A stretch of 64,000 nt of DNA from Octopus bimaculoides (lineage: Eukaryota): NCBI RefSeq assembly GCF_001194135.2, contig NC_068989.1, positions 7,411,516 through 7,475,515 of the forward strand. The letters run 5' to 3'. The notes beneath the pieces were generated by a model. That model saw only the letters and a program-made list of their open reading frames with translations, ran no database searches and was not told where the DNA came from. Of the stretch, positions 24,338 to 38,900 are shown piece by piece. Positions within the stretch are counted from its first letter, which is position 1. Every line of letters starts with the position of its first letter. Made by a program: the position numbers and the translations under genes.

Positions 24338-26641
24338 CAGTGTCTCCATCTTAGTTGCTCGCATTTATGTCTTTGATACCATTCTCAGAGTTCGCTCTGG
24401 CGCTTTATCATTAGGTTCTTCATCTATTTCTCAACTTCTCCCACCTACCCCTTTTAATGTGGGGTACCCATATTTCTCCTCCATAGCAAGAAGTGTATGC
24501 TTGTCCCTCTATCATAGGGCCATCTCCCCATCTCAAACACTCTTTTTCCTTAGTCCCCAGTTCTTTTTCTGTCTTGGAAGCTGCTTGGTGGCATCACTAG
24601 TGCCAAGAGCATGAAAAAAAGCATCCAGGTATGCATAATAAAGTGTTCAATTAATAACTTGTAATGTCTCTCTTCCTCCCTCCACCCTCTCTCTCTTTCT
24701 CTCTCTCTCCCTCTCTCAATCTGTTTGTGTTTCTTTTTGCACATGCATGTGCATATGTTTGTCTCCAATGCCAAAATGTCCTGTTGCCCAAAACATTTTG
24801 AATGTCCAGTCAGTCATGCCAAGTTGTCAGCGCCCAAACAGCAGTGCCCAATAGTCTCATTCTGCTTTCTAGTACATTTTTTGCATGGATTTTTAAAAAA
24901 ATCTTTTAAATTTTCAATTTTTTGTCACTATACAGGGTATAGCTTTAGTGAGTAGGGAATCAAAACCAGAGGTTATATGGTACTTCTCTGCAGAAGACTT
25001 ACCTGAAGATTTGGCAGAACGGTAAGTTCATATTTTCAATTAGTTTTTATAATTTAATTGGACAATAGACATTAAATGATAATGATGATGATAAATAAAA
25101 TAAAATTAATTTTTGCTTCTTTATGCAGGTTTTCAATATTATTTCAAGCTCGTGGAAAATGGACCCTGGATGAAATTACACCTTATCTTACGTAAGTCAA
25201 CTGTGTGCCATCCTCTGCCCCTTGATTGAAAAATATTATTTCTTATTTTATCAAATGGAAAAAAACTATGATGTCTTTGACCGGTTACTTTTCAAATCTT
25301 AATGCTCTTCATTTTATTGCTGAGGGACAATATGGCCTTATTTATTTTCATAGTGGAGCAGTTATGGACAAACTACAGACCTTCTGAGTTGCATGTGTAA
25401 CGAAAAATTATTTTGAATTACTGGCACTTGTGCCGGTGGCACGTGAAAAAACATTTGAGCAAGGTCGTTACCAGTGCTGCTGGACTGGCTCCTGTGCAGG
25501 TGGCACGTAAAATACACCATTTTGAGCGTGGCTGTTGCCAGTACCTCCTGACTGGCCTTCGCGCCGGTGGCATGTAAAAGCACCCACTACACTCTTGGAG
25601 TGGTTGGCATTAGGAAGGGCATCCAGCTGTAGAAACTCTGCCAAACCAGATTGGAGCCTGGTGTAGCCATCTGGTTCACTAGTCCTCAGTCAAATCGTCC
25701 AACCCATGCAAGCATGGAAGGCGGACGTTAAACGATGATGANNNNNNNNNNACGTAAAAGCACCCACTACACTCTTGGAGTGGTTGGCATTAGGAAGGGC
25801 ATCCAGCTGTAGAAACTCTGCCAAACCAGATTGGAACCTGGTGCAGCCATCTGGTTCACTAGTCCTCAGTCAAATCGTCCAACCCATGCAAGCATGGAAG
25901 GCGGACGTTAAACGATGATGATGATGATGATTAGTGGCACCAGTGCCACTTAGAAGCACCCAGCTCACTGTGTAAAGTGGTTGACCTTAGGAAGGGCATC
26001 CAGCTGTAGAAACCAAACTAAATCAGACTGGAAACTAGTGCAGCTTGCCGGCTCTGGTTAAACCATCCAACCCATGCCAGCATGGAAAACAGACGATAAA
26101 TGATGATGATGATCCATGTTTCATGCAGCCTGCTTCTTGAAAAAAAAAAAATGGTTGCCTCTACATGTAGTAGGGCAATCTGATCTTTGCTCTTCAAACC
26201 CCTAATGGTTATAGACTCATCAGTTACCAGTTATCTGGCTGTCACCTTGTGTGTAGGACAAACATATACACACACATATACATATTTATATATATATATA
26301 TATATATACGACGGGCTTCTTTCAGTTTCCATCTACCAAATCCACTCACAAGGCTTCGGTCGGCCCGAGGCTATAGTAGAAGACACTTGCCCAAGGTGCC
26401 ACGCAGTGGAACTGAACCTGATACCATGTGGTTGGGAAGCAAGCCTCTCACCACACAGCCACTCCTGCACCCATTTTTCTTTGTTTTTACTTATTTTTCT
26501 GCTACGTTGTTTGTTTTTTTCTTCTGTTTTAGGGACCTGGAGACTGGGAAACTAGATGTAAGCAGTATGTTACTGAAATATGCACGTGCTTCAACGCAAA
26601 ATGCACAGAAGATTTATACATCACGAAAACCAGTTTTATGA
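15578..26641 (+). CDS. DSCC1: Sister chromatid cohesion protein DCC1 (Ctf18-RFC subunit), 399 aa, 12 coding exons
   Basis: Exons are 15578-15615, 16605-16769, 17783-17945, 19457-19591, 20741-20831, 22146-22287, 23058-23113, 23744-23817, 23907-23984, 24936-25021, 25129-25191 and 26533-26641. They total 1200 nt, and every junction is GT-AG and phase-consistent. Motifs match DCC1: VIRGDKADGAVLCTKEKTYELKEAETSNSLL, YTTEDLLDIVQASEKE, GYWRMLDFD, FNLAEFLEVWKQCVPEGM, LPEDLAERFSILFQARGKWTLDEITPYL, LLKYARAS. Confidence 0.95.
15811..16019 (+). mobile_element. SINE family B (tRNA-like head, GGCACCTTGGGCAAG core, followed by (TA)n)
   Basis: Consensus is ggcgtggctgtgtggtaagaagcttgcttcccaaccacatggttccgggttcagtcccactgcgtggcaccttgggcaagtgtc...gaaagaagcccgtcg. 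It is one of many copies in the window. Confidence 0.8.
18728..18968 (+). mobile_element. Composite repeat with a tRNA-like head and Penelope-like pseudo-LTR segment (family E)
   Basis: The head is tatggcatagtggctaagaaggcaggctactaaccccaagattcctagttcgattcc, followed by (AAT)n and then ctgaaggctggagggtatattagccgaaacgttgtg. Related pieces lie at 18050-18150, 31900-32030, 55600-55680 and 59820-59900. The Penelope assignment is tentative. Confidence 0.55.
21172..21610 (-). mobile_element. Two tandem SINE family D copies (DSCC1 intron 5)
   Basis: They are reverse complements of the family D consensus. Confidence 0.75.
25420..26113 (+). mobile_element. Cluster of family C elements in DSCC1 intron 11
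   Basis: There are three tandem copies ending in gttaaacgatgatgatg. The first two flank a 10-N gap and are near-identical. Confidence 0.75.
26307..26470 (-). mobile_element. SINE family B (DSCC1 last intron)
   Basis: It is the reverse complement of the family B head and core. Confidence 0.8.
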
Positions 26642-29600
26642 AAGTTGAAGACCAAAGCAGAATGGCATCAACGTTTGATTGAATCTTTTAGAAAATGCTG
26701 TCCCGAACCCAAAAGATGACACAACATTATTGTATGCAGACATACATACTTATATGCATACAATCCTTTAACCCTTTAGCATTCAGATTACTTTATGGAT
26801 CTTTTTTAAAACGGGGACCACATTTTTCATTAACGAAACACTTTGAAACTTGGAACACTGGTAGAATGTGTCATATAAAACATCTTTTTCTCTTAGTCTT
26901 CTTAAAAAAAAAAGAAATCCATAAATTATTCCATGTTAAAGTTGTCGTATTTCTGTAATTTCAACCAATCACTGACGTCCATTCAGCCGATATACATTAA
27001 GTGCCGACTACATAAACAAACAATTCTGAAACAATTAACCCTAACCCAAATAAAACGAAGGTATGGAGATTAAATACGCTTTACATCGCTTAATCAGCCA
27101 AAGGAGTAAATGTAAACAACTGAATNNNNNNNNNNNNNNNNNNNNNNNNNNNNNNNNNNNNNNNNNNNNNNNNNNNNNNNNNNNNNNNNNNNNNNNNNNN
27201 NNNNNNNNNNNNNNNNNNNNNNNNNNNNNNNNNNNNNNNNNNNNNNNNNNNNNNNNNNNNNNNNNNNNNNNNNNNNNNNNNNNNNNNNNNNNNNNNNNNN
27301 NNNNNNNNNNNNNNNNNNNNNNNNNNNNNNNNNNNNNNNNNNNNNNNNNNNNNNNNNNNNNNNNNNNNNNNNNNNNNNNNNNNNNNNNNNNNNNNNNNNN
27401 NNNNNNNNNNNNNNNNNNNNNNNNNNNNNNNNNNNNNNNNNNNNNNNNNNNNNNNNNNNNNNNNNNNNNNNNNNNNNNNNNNNNNNNNNNNNNNNNNNNN
27501 NNNNNNNNNNNNNNNNNNNNNNNNNNNNNNNNNNNNNNNNNNNNNNNNNNNNNNNNNNNNNNNNNNNNNNNNNNNNNNNNNNNNNNNNNNNNNNNNNNNN
27601 NNNNNNNNNNNNNNNNNNNNNNNNNNNNNNNNNNNNNNNNNNNNNNNNNNNNNNNNNNNNNNNNNNNNNNNNNNNNNNNNNNNNNNNNNNNNNNNNNNNN
27701 NNNNNNNNNNNNNNNNNNNNNNNNNNNNNNNNNNNNNNNNNNNNNNNNNNNNNNNNNNNNNNAACATTAAACAAATGGAATCTTTGGGCCGGTTTAAATG
27801 CTAAGGGGTGAATAATAGAGGATCGAGACAAAAATGATTTTAAGTCCATTTAACGTTTTGTTTTAGAATTTTATTCACTTTCCATTCTTTAAAAATATTT
27901 CATTTGAAAATCACAGTACAAAATATCCATTAGAATAATAATAACAGGAATAAAAAATTTCCTATTAAAAAACAAAACAATGAAACGGCTATGGTGTGTA
28001 ACAGTCATTCTTTTCTTTTTGTTGAAGAATTAACAATAAATGTGAAGGCAATTGGATTACCTTTAAGCAAGAGTGGGAAAGAACCTGCACATTTAATTTC
28101 CTCTTGTTCCATACTGCACAGCACTGTACAATAATTTCTTTTGACTTGGTGTGAGGCCAGTTTTTTTTTTATACTGTGAAGCTATGTGGCTCAGTGGTGT
28201 GTGGTGGCAGGGTTTGCACACATGATCATAAGATCGTGGTTTCAATTCCCCGGACTGGACCGTGTGTTGTGTTCTTGAACAAAACATTTTATTTCATGTT
28301 GCTCCAGTTCCAGTTTCATTCAGCTGTAAGTGAATTCCAACAATAGCCGGGAAGTTTACCCTGTGACCGACCAGCATCTCATCTCATTCTTTGGGAATGT
28401 TGCAATGTCAGTTACATGATATGGAAACTGGATTAAGCGCTAGCCTCACGAGTCCTGGGGCCCATGACAAACCTAAGTACACAGAAGGGCATATTTCTTT
28501 CATTTGAATTTTACAAACTCCAGGGATATCAGACGCAAAATCATTTCCAGAAATATTTTCATTCAAAACCTGGACTTGACCAGAACAGCTCAAACTAAAC
28601 AAGACTAGCACTTTACTGTTTTGCCATCGTACACTTTACTGCAATGATTAATACAACTTCAGTATATTACTGGTATTTATTTTTTCCTAACTCTGAAATA
28701 ATTTGGAAGTAGAAACAGGAAGCACCAAACTAGACATTGTCAGGAACCTCAGTTCAATATTAAAAATTTTTTTTTTATCAGATTTTCCCATCTTTTCTGT
28801 CACTTTTGTAGAAGAAAGTTATTTTTACCTTTAATGATAGCAAAGATTCTTCTCTTCTAGATTAAACAACTGATCTGATGTTTATATATTACATCGGAAA
28901 GGTAAAGTTATACTAGGGAGATGGGTTCAATTCCAATTGTATTTTATATTCAATACTTGACAGGATGTTTATTTCTAAATTTTAGAAATTCTGAGTCTGA
29001 GAATTAATGTCTTTTCCATTGATAAAATTTTTTAAAACGAAAACATTAGCAATTAATTAATGAACACTGGATTTAGAAATAGCGTTGTTAAACTATTTTA
29101 ATTAGAAAAGACAAAAAAATAAACTGGCAGCAATTAGTATTTAACTTTGAAATTAATTTCAAGATTGTAGCATTAAACTCTGCCAGATCAGATTGGAGCC
29201 TGGTGAAGCCATCTGGTTCACCAGTCCCCAGTCAAATCGTCCAACCCATGCTAGCATGGAAAGTGGACGCTAAACGATGATGATGATGGCATTGTAAGAA
29301 AGAGATACAACCTAAGGATGGGAATGAAATTTGCTTGTGGGATCCAAACCTGTTACACTGCTTCATAGATATTCTAGTGGATTCCCAAGCTTATAGAACC
29401 GAGATAGTTATAGATACCAAACCAATGAGGGGAGCCTGCATATGGTGACTTGACCTGCTAAAAATAGTTCACAAAAAGTTTCAAATCACACTGTACAATC
29501 TTAAAAAAGGAAGGACACATTATTAATGTGGTCAAGGGATAGAATGTATTTGATCATAGATCTACCCAGTTTGGGCTCACCTGGGACTAAATAACAGGTA

Positions 29601-29967
29601 TAGGCACAAAATTTATTTAAAAAAAAAAAAAAAGCCCGATCATATGACTTGTACTTCTATCTCTGTGTAGTGCAAACCTCAAATTTAGCTTATTTATTGC
29701 ACTTAATTTTTTTAACAAGTTTTTTTTATTTTATTGCTGCACACCAACACACTTTTGTATGCATATACACGTTCATCATAAAAATGTACCTAAAGTATCA
29801 ATATAAAGAAAGGTTGTTGGGGAAAACGAATAACGAAACTCAATATTGACACAGTTAAATCTGAGATGAAACTCCCAGCTGCATCGTTGTCTTGAAATTT
29901 GTAAATAATTCTTATAAGGAATGTAAAAGAACCTTTTTTTTTTTTAACTTTTTTTCTTTTTTGTAGT

Positions 29968-32900
29968 TTAGAAATTGTTCATTTCACAGTATTGCATTTT
30001 ACCATTTCGATGCCAGTCAAATTTCCAAACAGCATTGTTTTCATGTTCTGTGACATACAAAGTTTTGGAACGTGGCTCGAAATGAATGTTGCTTGGTTTT
30101 ACAAAAGGACATTTGATTCTTTGGATAGGATTTCCACCTTTTGAGTTGAATACTTCTATGTGACCACTGCCCCAGTTGGCTACAAGCAGGTTGTTGTCGT
30201 CATCAAAGTCCATGCCGTCTGCACCACCCTCGTGATCACCTATTTATAGAGGAAGGAAAGAAGTAAGGAAAGATGATTCAGATTTACAAGATTGACCTGA
30301 CAGTAAATCAAAATTCCATAAATACTTAATATCCAAATTTATTTATTCATTTGGGAAAATGGTGTCGCTCAAGAAGGACTCCTGTTTGAACAATTTTCAT
30401 GATGTTTCATATTTAGATGCTTTTATTATTGTGGAGGCACAATGGCCCAGTGGTTAGGGCAGCGGACTCGCAGTTTCGATTCCCAGACCAGGCGTTGTGA
30501 GTGTTTATTGAGCGAAAACACCTGAGGCTCCGGCAGGGGATGGTGGCGAACCCTGCTGTACTCTTCTACCACGACTTTCTCTCACTCTTACTTCCTGTTT
30601 CTGTTGTGCCTGTAATTCAAAGAAGCCAGTCGTATACTCTCTCTCTTTTACTCGTTTCAGTCATTTGACTGCGGCCATGCTGNNNNNNNNNNACCATGTG
30701 GTTGGTAAGCAAGCTACGTACCACACAGCCACTCCTGCACCTTGTTTACCTTTGTAAAGAGTTACGTCAATCCTTTTTAAAATAACAACAATAATAGTAA
30801 TAATAAACAACCATACAAGAATAAAGAATGGAAACTTTACCTGGTATAGTAGCCCAGACTTTCTTATTTGAAACACATCCTGGAGCTTCAATGTCATAAC
30901 TCCAGAGAAGTTTCGTCGGAGTTTCTGCTACAATCAACTTCTGAGGTCGTCCATCGTTCAGATGTAAGACTGCAATTCCATTGGGAAACTTTAGACCTGT
31001 GTCAATTTTAATCATTTCTCCATCTGTGTAGCAGTAGACACTGCCAAATGGTTCCTGCAAAATAGGTGGAAACATTGAGCATATAACAAATGTACTGGAG
31101 TATTGACATATTACTTAAAATACCAGAATGCGTCTGGTATTCTTGCTGGTTGCTGCTGTGACGTTTTTCGTCTCCCTTCGATATTGTTTTCAACAAAGCT
31201 CGTCAATAGGAGATGTTATCTCAGGACAAACACCACAGTAACTGGCCTATCAATGGTATATATACATTAAGTATGGCACAGAGACGATTATTTTAATTTA
31301 ATACTGCATATACCAGATTTCTATTCAGCACATTGACTATTTAAGGTGTTCCTGTTGTGACTATCCCATCTGATTTTCAAACACGGTGTATCTAGAACTA
31401 CATAAGTTTACATAGCATTCATTTTTAATTTTAACCCTTCACTTACCAACCTGGCTGAAACCAGCTCTGGCTCTGAGTACAAATGTCTTGTTTCCATAAG
31501 TTTTAAATTAAAATCTTCCACCAAACATTAGTCACAATTCATGTTCCTAACACTAGCTTAATGGTAACGAAGTTATTTTACTAAATTCTTTGTTATATTT
31601 AAAATTAATTGAAAGAAACACAGAGCATCTCAAAATAAATACAGTAACGAAAGGGTTAAGCTAGTTGAAGAAGATTTGAATGCTATTTCTAGCAGGTCGA
31701 GTGGTACATATAACGGAAAGATTACTTACCTCCGTTGATCGCCTGTATGGTGCTGGTGCAATATCTCCTGCTGGAGCTGTAATCCAAAGATTTCCTTGAT
31801 AATCAAAGGCACAGTCATTGCAGCCTTGCATACATTGACCGGTCGAATCAATTGTTGCAACCTAAATATGGAATGGTAAAACATAAAATAAGCACTATTC
31901 TATATTTTTGAGATGAAGAATTATGTACGTTCTTTACATATATGTGTCCTCACCTTGTTTGTTGTTACAACAATGTTTCGGCTGATGTATTCTCCAGCCT
32001 TCATCAGGTGTCCTGGTGGAATTTCGAACCTGACCCTTTATTTGACTAAAGGGGTACTCTGTTCTCATTCCTAAATTTTTATTTTTTTTTTGCTGATGTT
32101 ATTAAAAGAGGCAGCACATATACTTGGGCACAATGACCTCCTAAACAGACTTAGTGCAATTATGAATGTAATATGGAAACTAGTATTAAGAAAAGATAAA
32201 ATATTATGTTTATAAGCCCCAAAATTCACTCTATAATTGCCTATGGGCATATAGCGTAGTGAATAAGAGCGTGGGCTGCTAACCCTTGGATTCCGAGTTC
32301 AATCTCAGGCAGGGACTTCGGAAATAACATCATCATCATCGTTTAACGTCCGCTTTCCATGCTAGCATGGGTTGGAAGATTTGACTGAGGACTGGTGAAA
32401 CCGGATGGAAACACCAGGCTCCAATCTAATTTGGCAGAGTTTCTACAGCTGGATGCCCTTCCTAACGCCAACCACTCAGAGAGTGTAGTGGGTGCTTTTA
32501 CGTGTCACCCGCNNNNNNNNNNNNNNNNNNNNNNNNNNNNNNNNNNNNNNNNNNNNNNNNNNNNNNNNNNNNNNNNNNNNNNNNNNNNNNNNNNNNNNNN
32601 NNNNNNNNNNNNNNNNNNNNNNNNNNNNNNNNNNNNNNNNNNNNNNNNNNNNNNNNNNNNNNNNNNNNNNNNNNNNNNNNNNNNNNNNNNNNNNNNNNNN
32701 NNNNNNNNNNNNNNNNNNNNNNNNNNNNNNNNNNNNNNNNNNNNNNNNNNNNNNNNNNNNNNNNNNNNNNNNNNNNNNNNNNNNNNNNNNNNNNNNNNNN
32801 NNNNNNNNNNNNNNNNNNNNNNNNNNNNNNNNNNNNNNNNNNNNNNNNNNNNNNNNNNNNNNNNNNNNNNNNNNNNNNNNNNNNNNNNNNNNNNNNNNNN

Positions 32901-35900
32901 NNNNNNNNNNNNNNNNNNNNNNNNNNNNNNNNNNNNNNNNNNNNNNNNNNNNNNNNNNNNNNNNNNNNNNNNTCTTGCACACCACAACTGATGCTTCTTA
33001 TGTTCAGCTTTTCTCTCAAGATACTTACACTCTGACGGGTATGCACACTGACATTACACATCCAGCGGAGCATACTGGCTTCATTCCTTGCGAGCTTACG
33101 CATGTCCTGTGTATGCTTGTTTTTGTGTTTGCGCTTGTCCTCCCCTACCCTTTTGATAACCTGTGTTGGTTTGTTTATGTCCCTGTAGCTTAGTGGTTCA
33201 GCACTATAGAATACCTTAGGAATGAGAATGTATAAAATAAGCAGTTTACAAAAGTGACCCTTTCTTCGGACAGCATTCTCCCAGGGATGCAAATTATGTT
33301 TAATCAATAAACCAGCATCCTTCATTTGCCAATAATAGTCATTAAAACAACAATATAAAGAATAATATCAAATTGTTTGAGAAAGTTCAGGGAGCTTTTA
33401 CTTCTGTTGGTAACCAAAGGTCTCTCTCTCTGTCTTCTAGTAAAAGGAAGATTGTATGATGCATGTGTACAAACTGCGATGCAACATGAGAGTGAGATGT
33501 CGTTAAACGATGATGATGATGATGATGATGATGAATGGGAAGGTGTTTAGGATTTAAACTGGTGGAAGGTTTTAACTCAGATCATTTTAAAACATGGCGT
33601 CTGTGTGATAGAAGCAGGTGTGAATTCCAGCTAGTTGGTATGTATAAGATTAAGATAGCATTGGGCTCAAAATCCAATTCTAATCTGATACCAGCTATGT
33701 GATGACATACAAGCACTACTTATAGCAGACAGCACTCAAAACCTTTATTTGGTCGCCTGACCTATTAGAAATAAAGCTTATACCACACCGAAGGTATGGT
33801 CGTGTAAAGAAGCTTGCTTTGCAACTGTGTGGTTTCTGGTTCAGTTCCACTGTACACCACCTTGGGAAGTAGAACGTATAATAATTCTAGTGAAATACAT
33901 TCACTGATTTCAAATTTAGAAATAATACATTTCCTGTCGGCTTTGTAAACATAAGGACACAGGAAATGTCTCCCCCTTGTAAACATAAGGACACTGGAAA
34001 TGTGTGAAGGCCAACAGGAAGCAGTGCAGCTTCTTAGGTCCAAAACAACAGTAGTATTATTCCCTTCATGGGACTGTCAACATTAAGTTGACAACATACA
34101 GCTACTTCATTGTATCACTACTGCATAAATCTCTCTGAGAGATTTAGAAATGTATTATTTCTATTTTTTAAATCATTAAATGTATTTCACTAGAATTATT
34201 ATATATTTACAAGAGCTTGACAGGCCATTGCTACTCCAGATTGATGATGAGCAAATACTCAGAAACATGTCTCCGGATGCAGGGTTAGCTAAGTGGAGGT
34301 GCTTGTCTCCCCCTTGTAAGTATAAGGACACAGGAAATATGTCAAGGCCGACAGGAAGCAGTGCAGCTTCCTAGGTCCAAAACAACAGTAGTATTATTCC
34401 CTTCATGGGACTGACAACATTAAGTTGACAGCATACAACTACTTCATTGTATCACTACTGCATAAATCTCTCTGGGAGATTTAGAAATGTATTATTTCTA
34501 AAAATGGAGTAAATTCGTTTGACTAAAATTCTTCACGGCAGTGCCCCAGCATGGCCGCAGTCTCATGTCTGAAGCCAAAGCAATAAAGGAATCGGATGGC
34601 CAGGAGGTTGATGAATGACATAATATTACTTTGACAGTATTTCAAACTGGCATTCCATCATTTATGATCAAAAGGATCCCAGTTGGTCTGACCAACTGAA
34701 ATTAACATGCAAGTGGCCGAGTACTCCACAGACACGTATACCCTTAACTGTAGTTCTTAGGGTGTGGCCCTTTGAAATACTCATTTTGATCAGCTGAGTG
34801 GATGGGAGCAATGTGAAATAAAGTGTCTTGCTCAAGGATACAATGTGATATCGGGAATCGAACTCGCGACCTTATGATCATGAAGTGAATACTCTAACCA
34901 CTAAGACATGCACATTCACACCTCCCCCTGGATGGAATGCCAGTCCATCACAGGTTTACTTACTCACGACTAGGTGGACTGGAGTAATGTGAAATGCAGT
35001 GTTTTGCTCATGAATACAACACACTGCCCAATTCAGAAACTGAAACCGCGACCTTATAATTCTAAATGCAACATCTTAACCACTAGGCTACATGCCTTCT
35101 TAGGAGTTGTTCACTTGACTATTGTGTCAATACTAGCTGCTTTGAAGGCAACGAGCTGGCAGAAATGTGAGCACGCCAGGCGAAATGCTTAGCGGTATTT
35201 CGTCTGTCTTTACGTTCTGAGTTCAAATTCTGCCGAGGTCGACTTTACCTTTCATCCTTTCGGGGTCGATAAATTAAGTACCAGTTATGCACTGGGGTCG
35301 ATGTAATCGACTTAATCCCTTTGTCTGTCCTTGTTTAGCCCCTTGTGGGCACTAAAGAAATAGGAAACATTCTCGGGTCAATCTAATCGACTGGGCCCCC
35401 TCCTCCAAAATTTTGGGCCTTGTGTCTAGAGTAGAAAAGAATATTGTTACTTCTACCGAAGGCGGCGAGCTTACAAAAACATTAGAATGCCAGGCAAAAT
35501 GCTTAGCGGTATTTCGTCTGTCTTTATGTTCCGAGTTCAAATTCCGCCAAGGTCGACTTTGCCTTTCATCCTTTTGGGGGATCGATAAATTAAGTACCTG
35601 TTGTGTACTGGGGTCGATCTAATCGAGTGCTCCCCCCTCCCCCATAAATTTTCGGCCTTGTGTCAAGAGTAGAAAAGAATATTAACTGCTTTGAGATATT
35701 TTGAAGTAGCAACAAGCTCACCTCCTGCTAAATCTTTTACCTAATCACCGCCTCAGTTCTGACTGCCACCTAACAAGCTCCGCCCACAATATCCTGATAA
35801 AAAACCACTAATCAGCTCTTCCAATTACAAAAGTCAAAGAATAGTTGTCTGATATTTGTTTTTCCTGGTCTGTTATAATAACAACCTAACGTGTCTCCTT

Positions 35901-38900
35901 TTTTGAACTTAATGTAATCTCACACAAATAACACCTCAGCACATTCTTTTATGAACATTTAACACACCTGACCCAATTCATAAATAATATAAAGCTTTCT
36001 GCTAAGAATCGCTCAAATACTTTTAAAAACATATGACAACAAAACCAAGCATATATTTTCAAAATAAGCAATTGTCACAACCGTGGCTGTTACAGATGAT
36101 TTATATAATTGGAAACAGCAGGATTGTCACCACCTGCTGTATGCGTTTCTAGCTAACATTATCAGTCACACTGCAAAACAAGAGTCTTCATGAACTTAAC
36201 TCTAGATAAACAATGTATTTTACTCATAAAGTCCTGTGGCAGTCTTGTAACACAGGTTTGTTGTTATCCATTCATTGTTGCAAATTGCTGACAGACAGAT
36301 GGAAGATTAACCATTTAGCATTCAGATTATTCAAGCAAATGTAACATTTATTCATATTGTTTCCAATGAATCATGCATTACGTTGTAACTTCAAGATTTC
36401 AAAGGTATGATTGCTAATTTTCAAAATGACATTTTAGAGTTGGTGTGAGAGTCCAGATCTGACTAGGTTTAACATAAGACAGGTAGAATAATATTTGGGC
36501 TGGATTTGGCCTGCTTAAATGCTAAAGGATTAACATTCCTTTTATCTTTCTAGCAGAAGTTTTCCATTTAAATAATTGAAAAATCAATAATAAATCTCTC
36601 CACATTTCGGTGGCAAATATACTTCACGATGTGCTACTAGTGTTTTACATCTCGCTCAGAGATTTATTATCGCTTGTTTCCACTTTTTCGAGATCAGCGA
36701 TGATTTGTCACTGGAAAAAGCATATAGTATTTTGCGTTTGGAATCAGTTCTCATCCCTAGTTGATGGCAGGTTACTTATTACTTTATTGCCCGCAAGGGG
36801 CTAAACATAGAGGGGACAAACAAGGACAGACAAAGACATTAAGTTGATTACACCGACCCCAGTGCGTAACTGGTACTTAATTTATCAACCCCGAAAAGGA
36901 TGAAAGGCAAAGTTGACCTCCTGCGGAATTTGAACTCAGAATGTAATGGCAGACGAAATAGCACTAAGCATTTCGCCCGGCGTGCTAACGATTCTGCCAG
37001 CTCGCTGCAGGTTACTACCCAGAAACCCAGGCCTGTGTATCACGTAAAGCTGGAGATGGGAACAATGATTTCCCTTCGCAAATACTAATCGGACACAGAC
37101 AGTGTGTCGTTAGCCAGCTGGAGGAGATGTCTTCCTGGGGCTATAAACAACAGTAGCATCGTCCCCTATGGGACCACCACATTTAGATGCCAAATATGCT
37201 TCATCATTGAAAAATGTTATTTTAAAAGCACTGAGATGATGTGACCTCTCCACATAACTACTGACATCTCTCTCTCTTGGTCTGTCGATGCCTTTGAATG
37301 ACACATCGGGCTGTCAGTGATCACCAGTTACCTCTGTCACTGTCATACTGGTATACTGCAAGTAATTTTTTAACAGCCTGTGATGGTTTGGCTTGTTTTC
37401 AATATTTTATTATTAACAATTACTGTACTCAGCAGACATACTTCCATCCAAGTTCCTAAGTCTACAACACTTCATCTCCCATTCATAATATGGCTGCATT
37501 ATATGCAGAACAATTTTTGCATACAATTAATAATAAAAGAAGTGCGTTTTAAGCACAGACAAATATGGCAATTATTATTCTTTCTAATTTTGGTATGTGA
37601 CCAGTGCTGGATTAACCAATACGCAAAAGAAGCACATGCTCAGGCCATCAGGGGAAGGAGAGAGGCAACACAGAAATGGTAAATGGTTTACAACACAAAA
37701 GAAATCACTTGCTAGAATAATATTCAAGATGCTTTATCTCTAATATGGATAAAAGCAGATGTGTTATGGAAGATTAATTTTGAGGATCTGATCAAAGACT
37801 TTGCAATTAAAAAAAGTAGGAGAAAACTTTTCAAATATAAGCAATGTGGAAGTATACACAAATAAATATTATTTTCCATGTTACTGTTAGTTTTGTTCCA
37901 TTTTGAAAAATAGAAATTTATTTTATGGTTTATTAATTGTTGTAGCCTATGCCAGTGGTGTATAACCTTGCCCACTTATGAGTACTCTTCATTCATTGTG
38001 CCATCGTGAATAGTAAGACAAGCAAGACAAAAAAATGTGATTGATAGCGTGAATGATCTTTACTACTTGGGAGCCTGGAAAAAAGATCAAAGCTTGTTAA
38101 AATGAAGGAAAATCATTGAATTTACCTGTTTATATGTTCCATTGAGTTTCACCTGAAGCAAACCAAGTCTCATGTCGGCCACAAAGAGGTTATCAAGGCG
38201 ATCAAACTGACACCCAGCAGGGATTCCACCATAACCGTTGATTTCAGGTTCACACAGAATGGCATTCTGTCAAAATAAATGGTATATGATTAGAAACGGA
38301 ATCAGGACACATTATTTATTTGCTTCTCGATGCTCCAGGAAGTCTATCTCTTATGTATACCAATTGTTACCTGAAGGTATCAATTGGTATACATAAGTAG
38401 GTATATCAATACCTACTTGTTTCAGTCATTGGACTGTGGCCATGCTGGGGCATCACACTGAAGTGTTTTAGTTGAACAAGTCAACCCCAGTACTCATAGT
38501 TTTTATAAATCTGGTACTTATTTTATTAGTCTTTTTTTTGCCAAACGGCTAAGTTACAGAGGTGTAAACAAACCAACACTGGCTGTCAAGTGGTAGGGGA
38601 GCAGTGAGAAACGGTGACAGACAGGCAAGCAGACACACATATATGTATACACACATATATATATGTACATATATGTAGGTAAATATATATGTGTGTGTGT
38701 ATATGTATGTGTGTGTGTGTATACACTTTTTACCTACACTATTCACTTGTAAGGCATTGGTTGGACCAGGGCTACAGTGAAAGACACTTACCCAAAGTGC
38801 TGGGCAATGGGGCTGAATCTGAAACCACATGGTTGCAAAGCGAGTTTCTGAACCACACAGCCGTACCTATAACTACATGATCACATTTTTAAAAATTCAA

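Noticed and set aside
25564-25930. Apparent tandem duplication of about 180 bp around a 10-N gap
   Set aside because: Near-identical flanks on both sides of a fixed-size 10-N gap indicate unmerged overlapping contigs or haplotypes. The same pattern occurs at 19654-19743 and 55081-55190.
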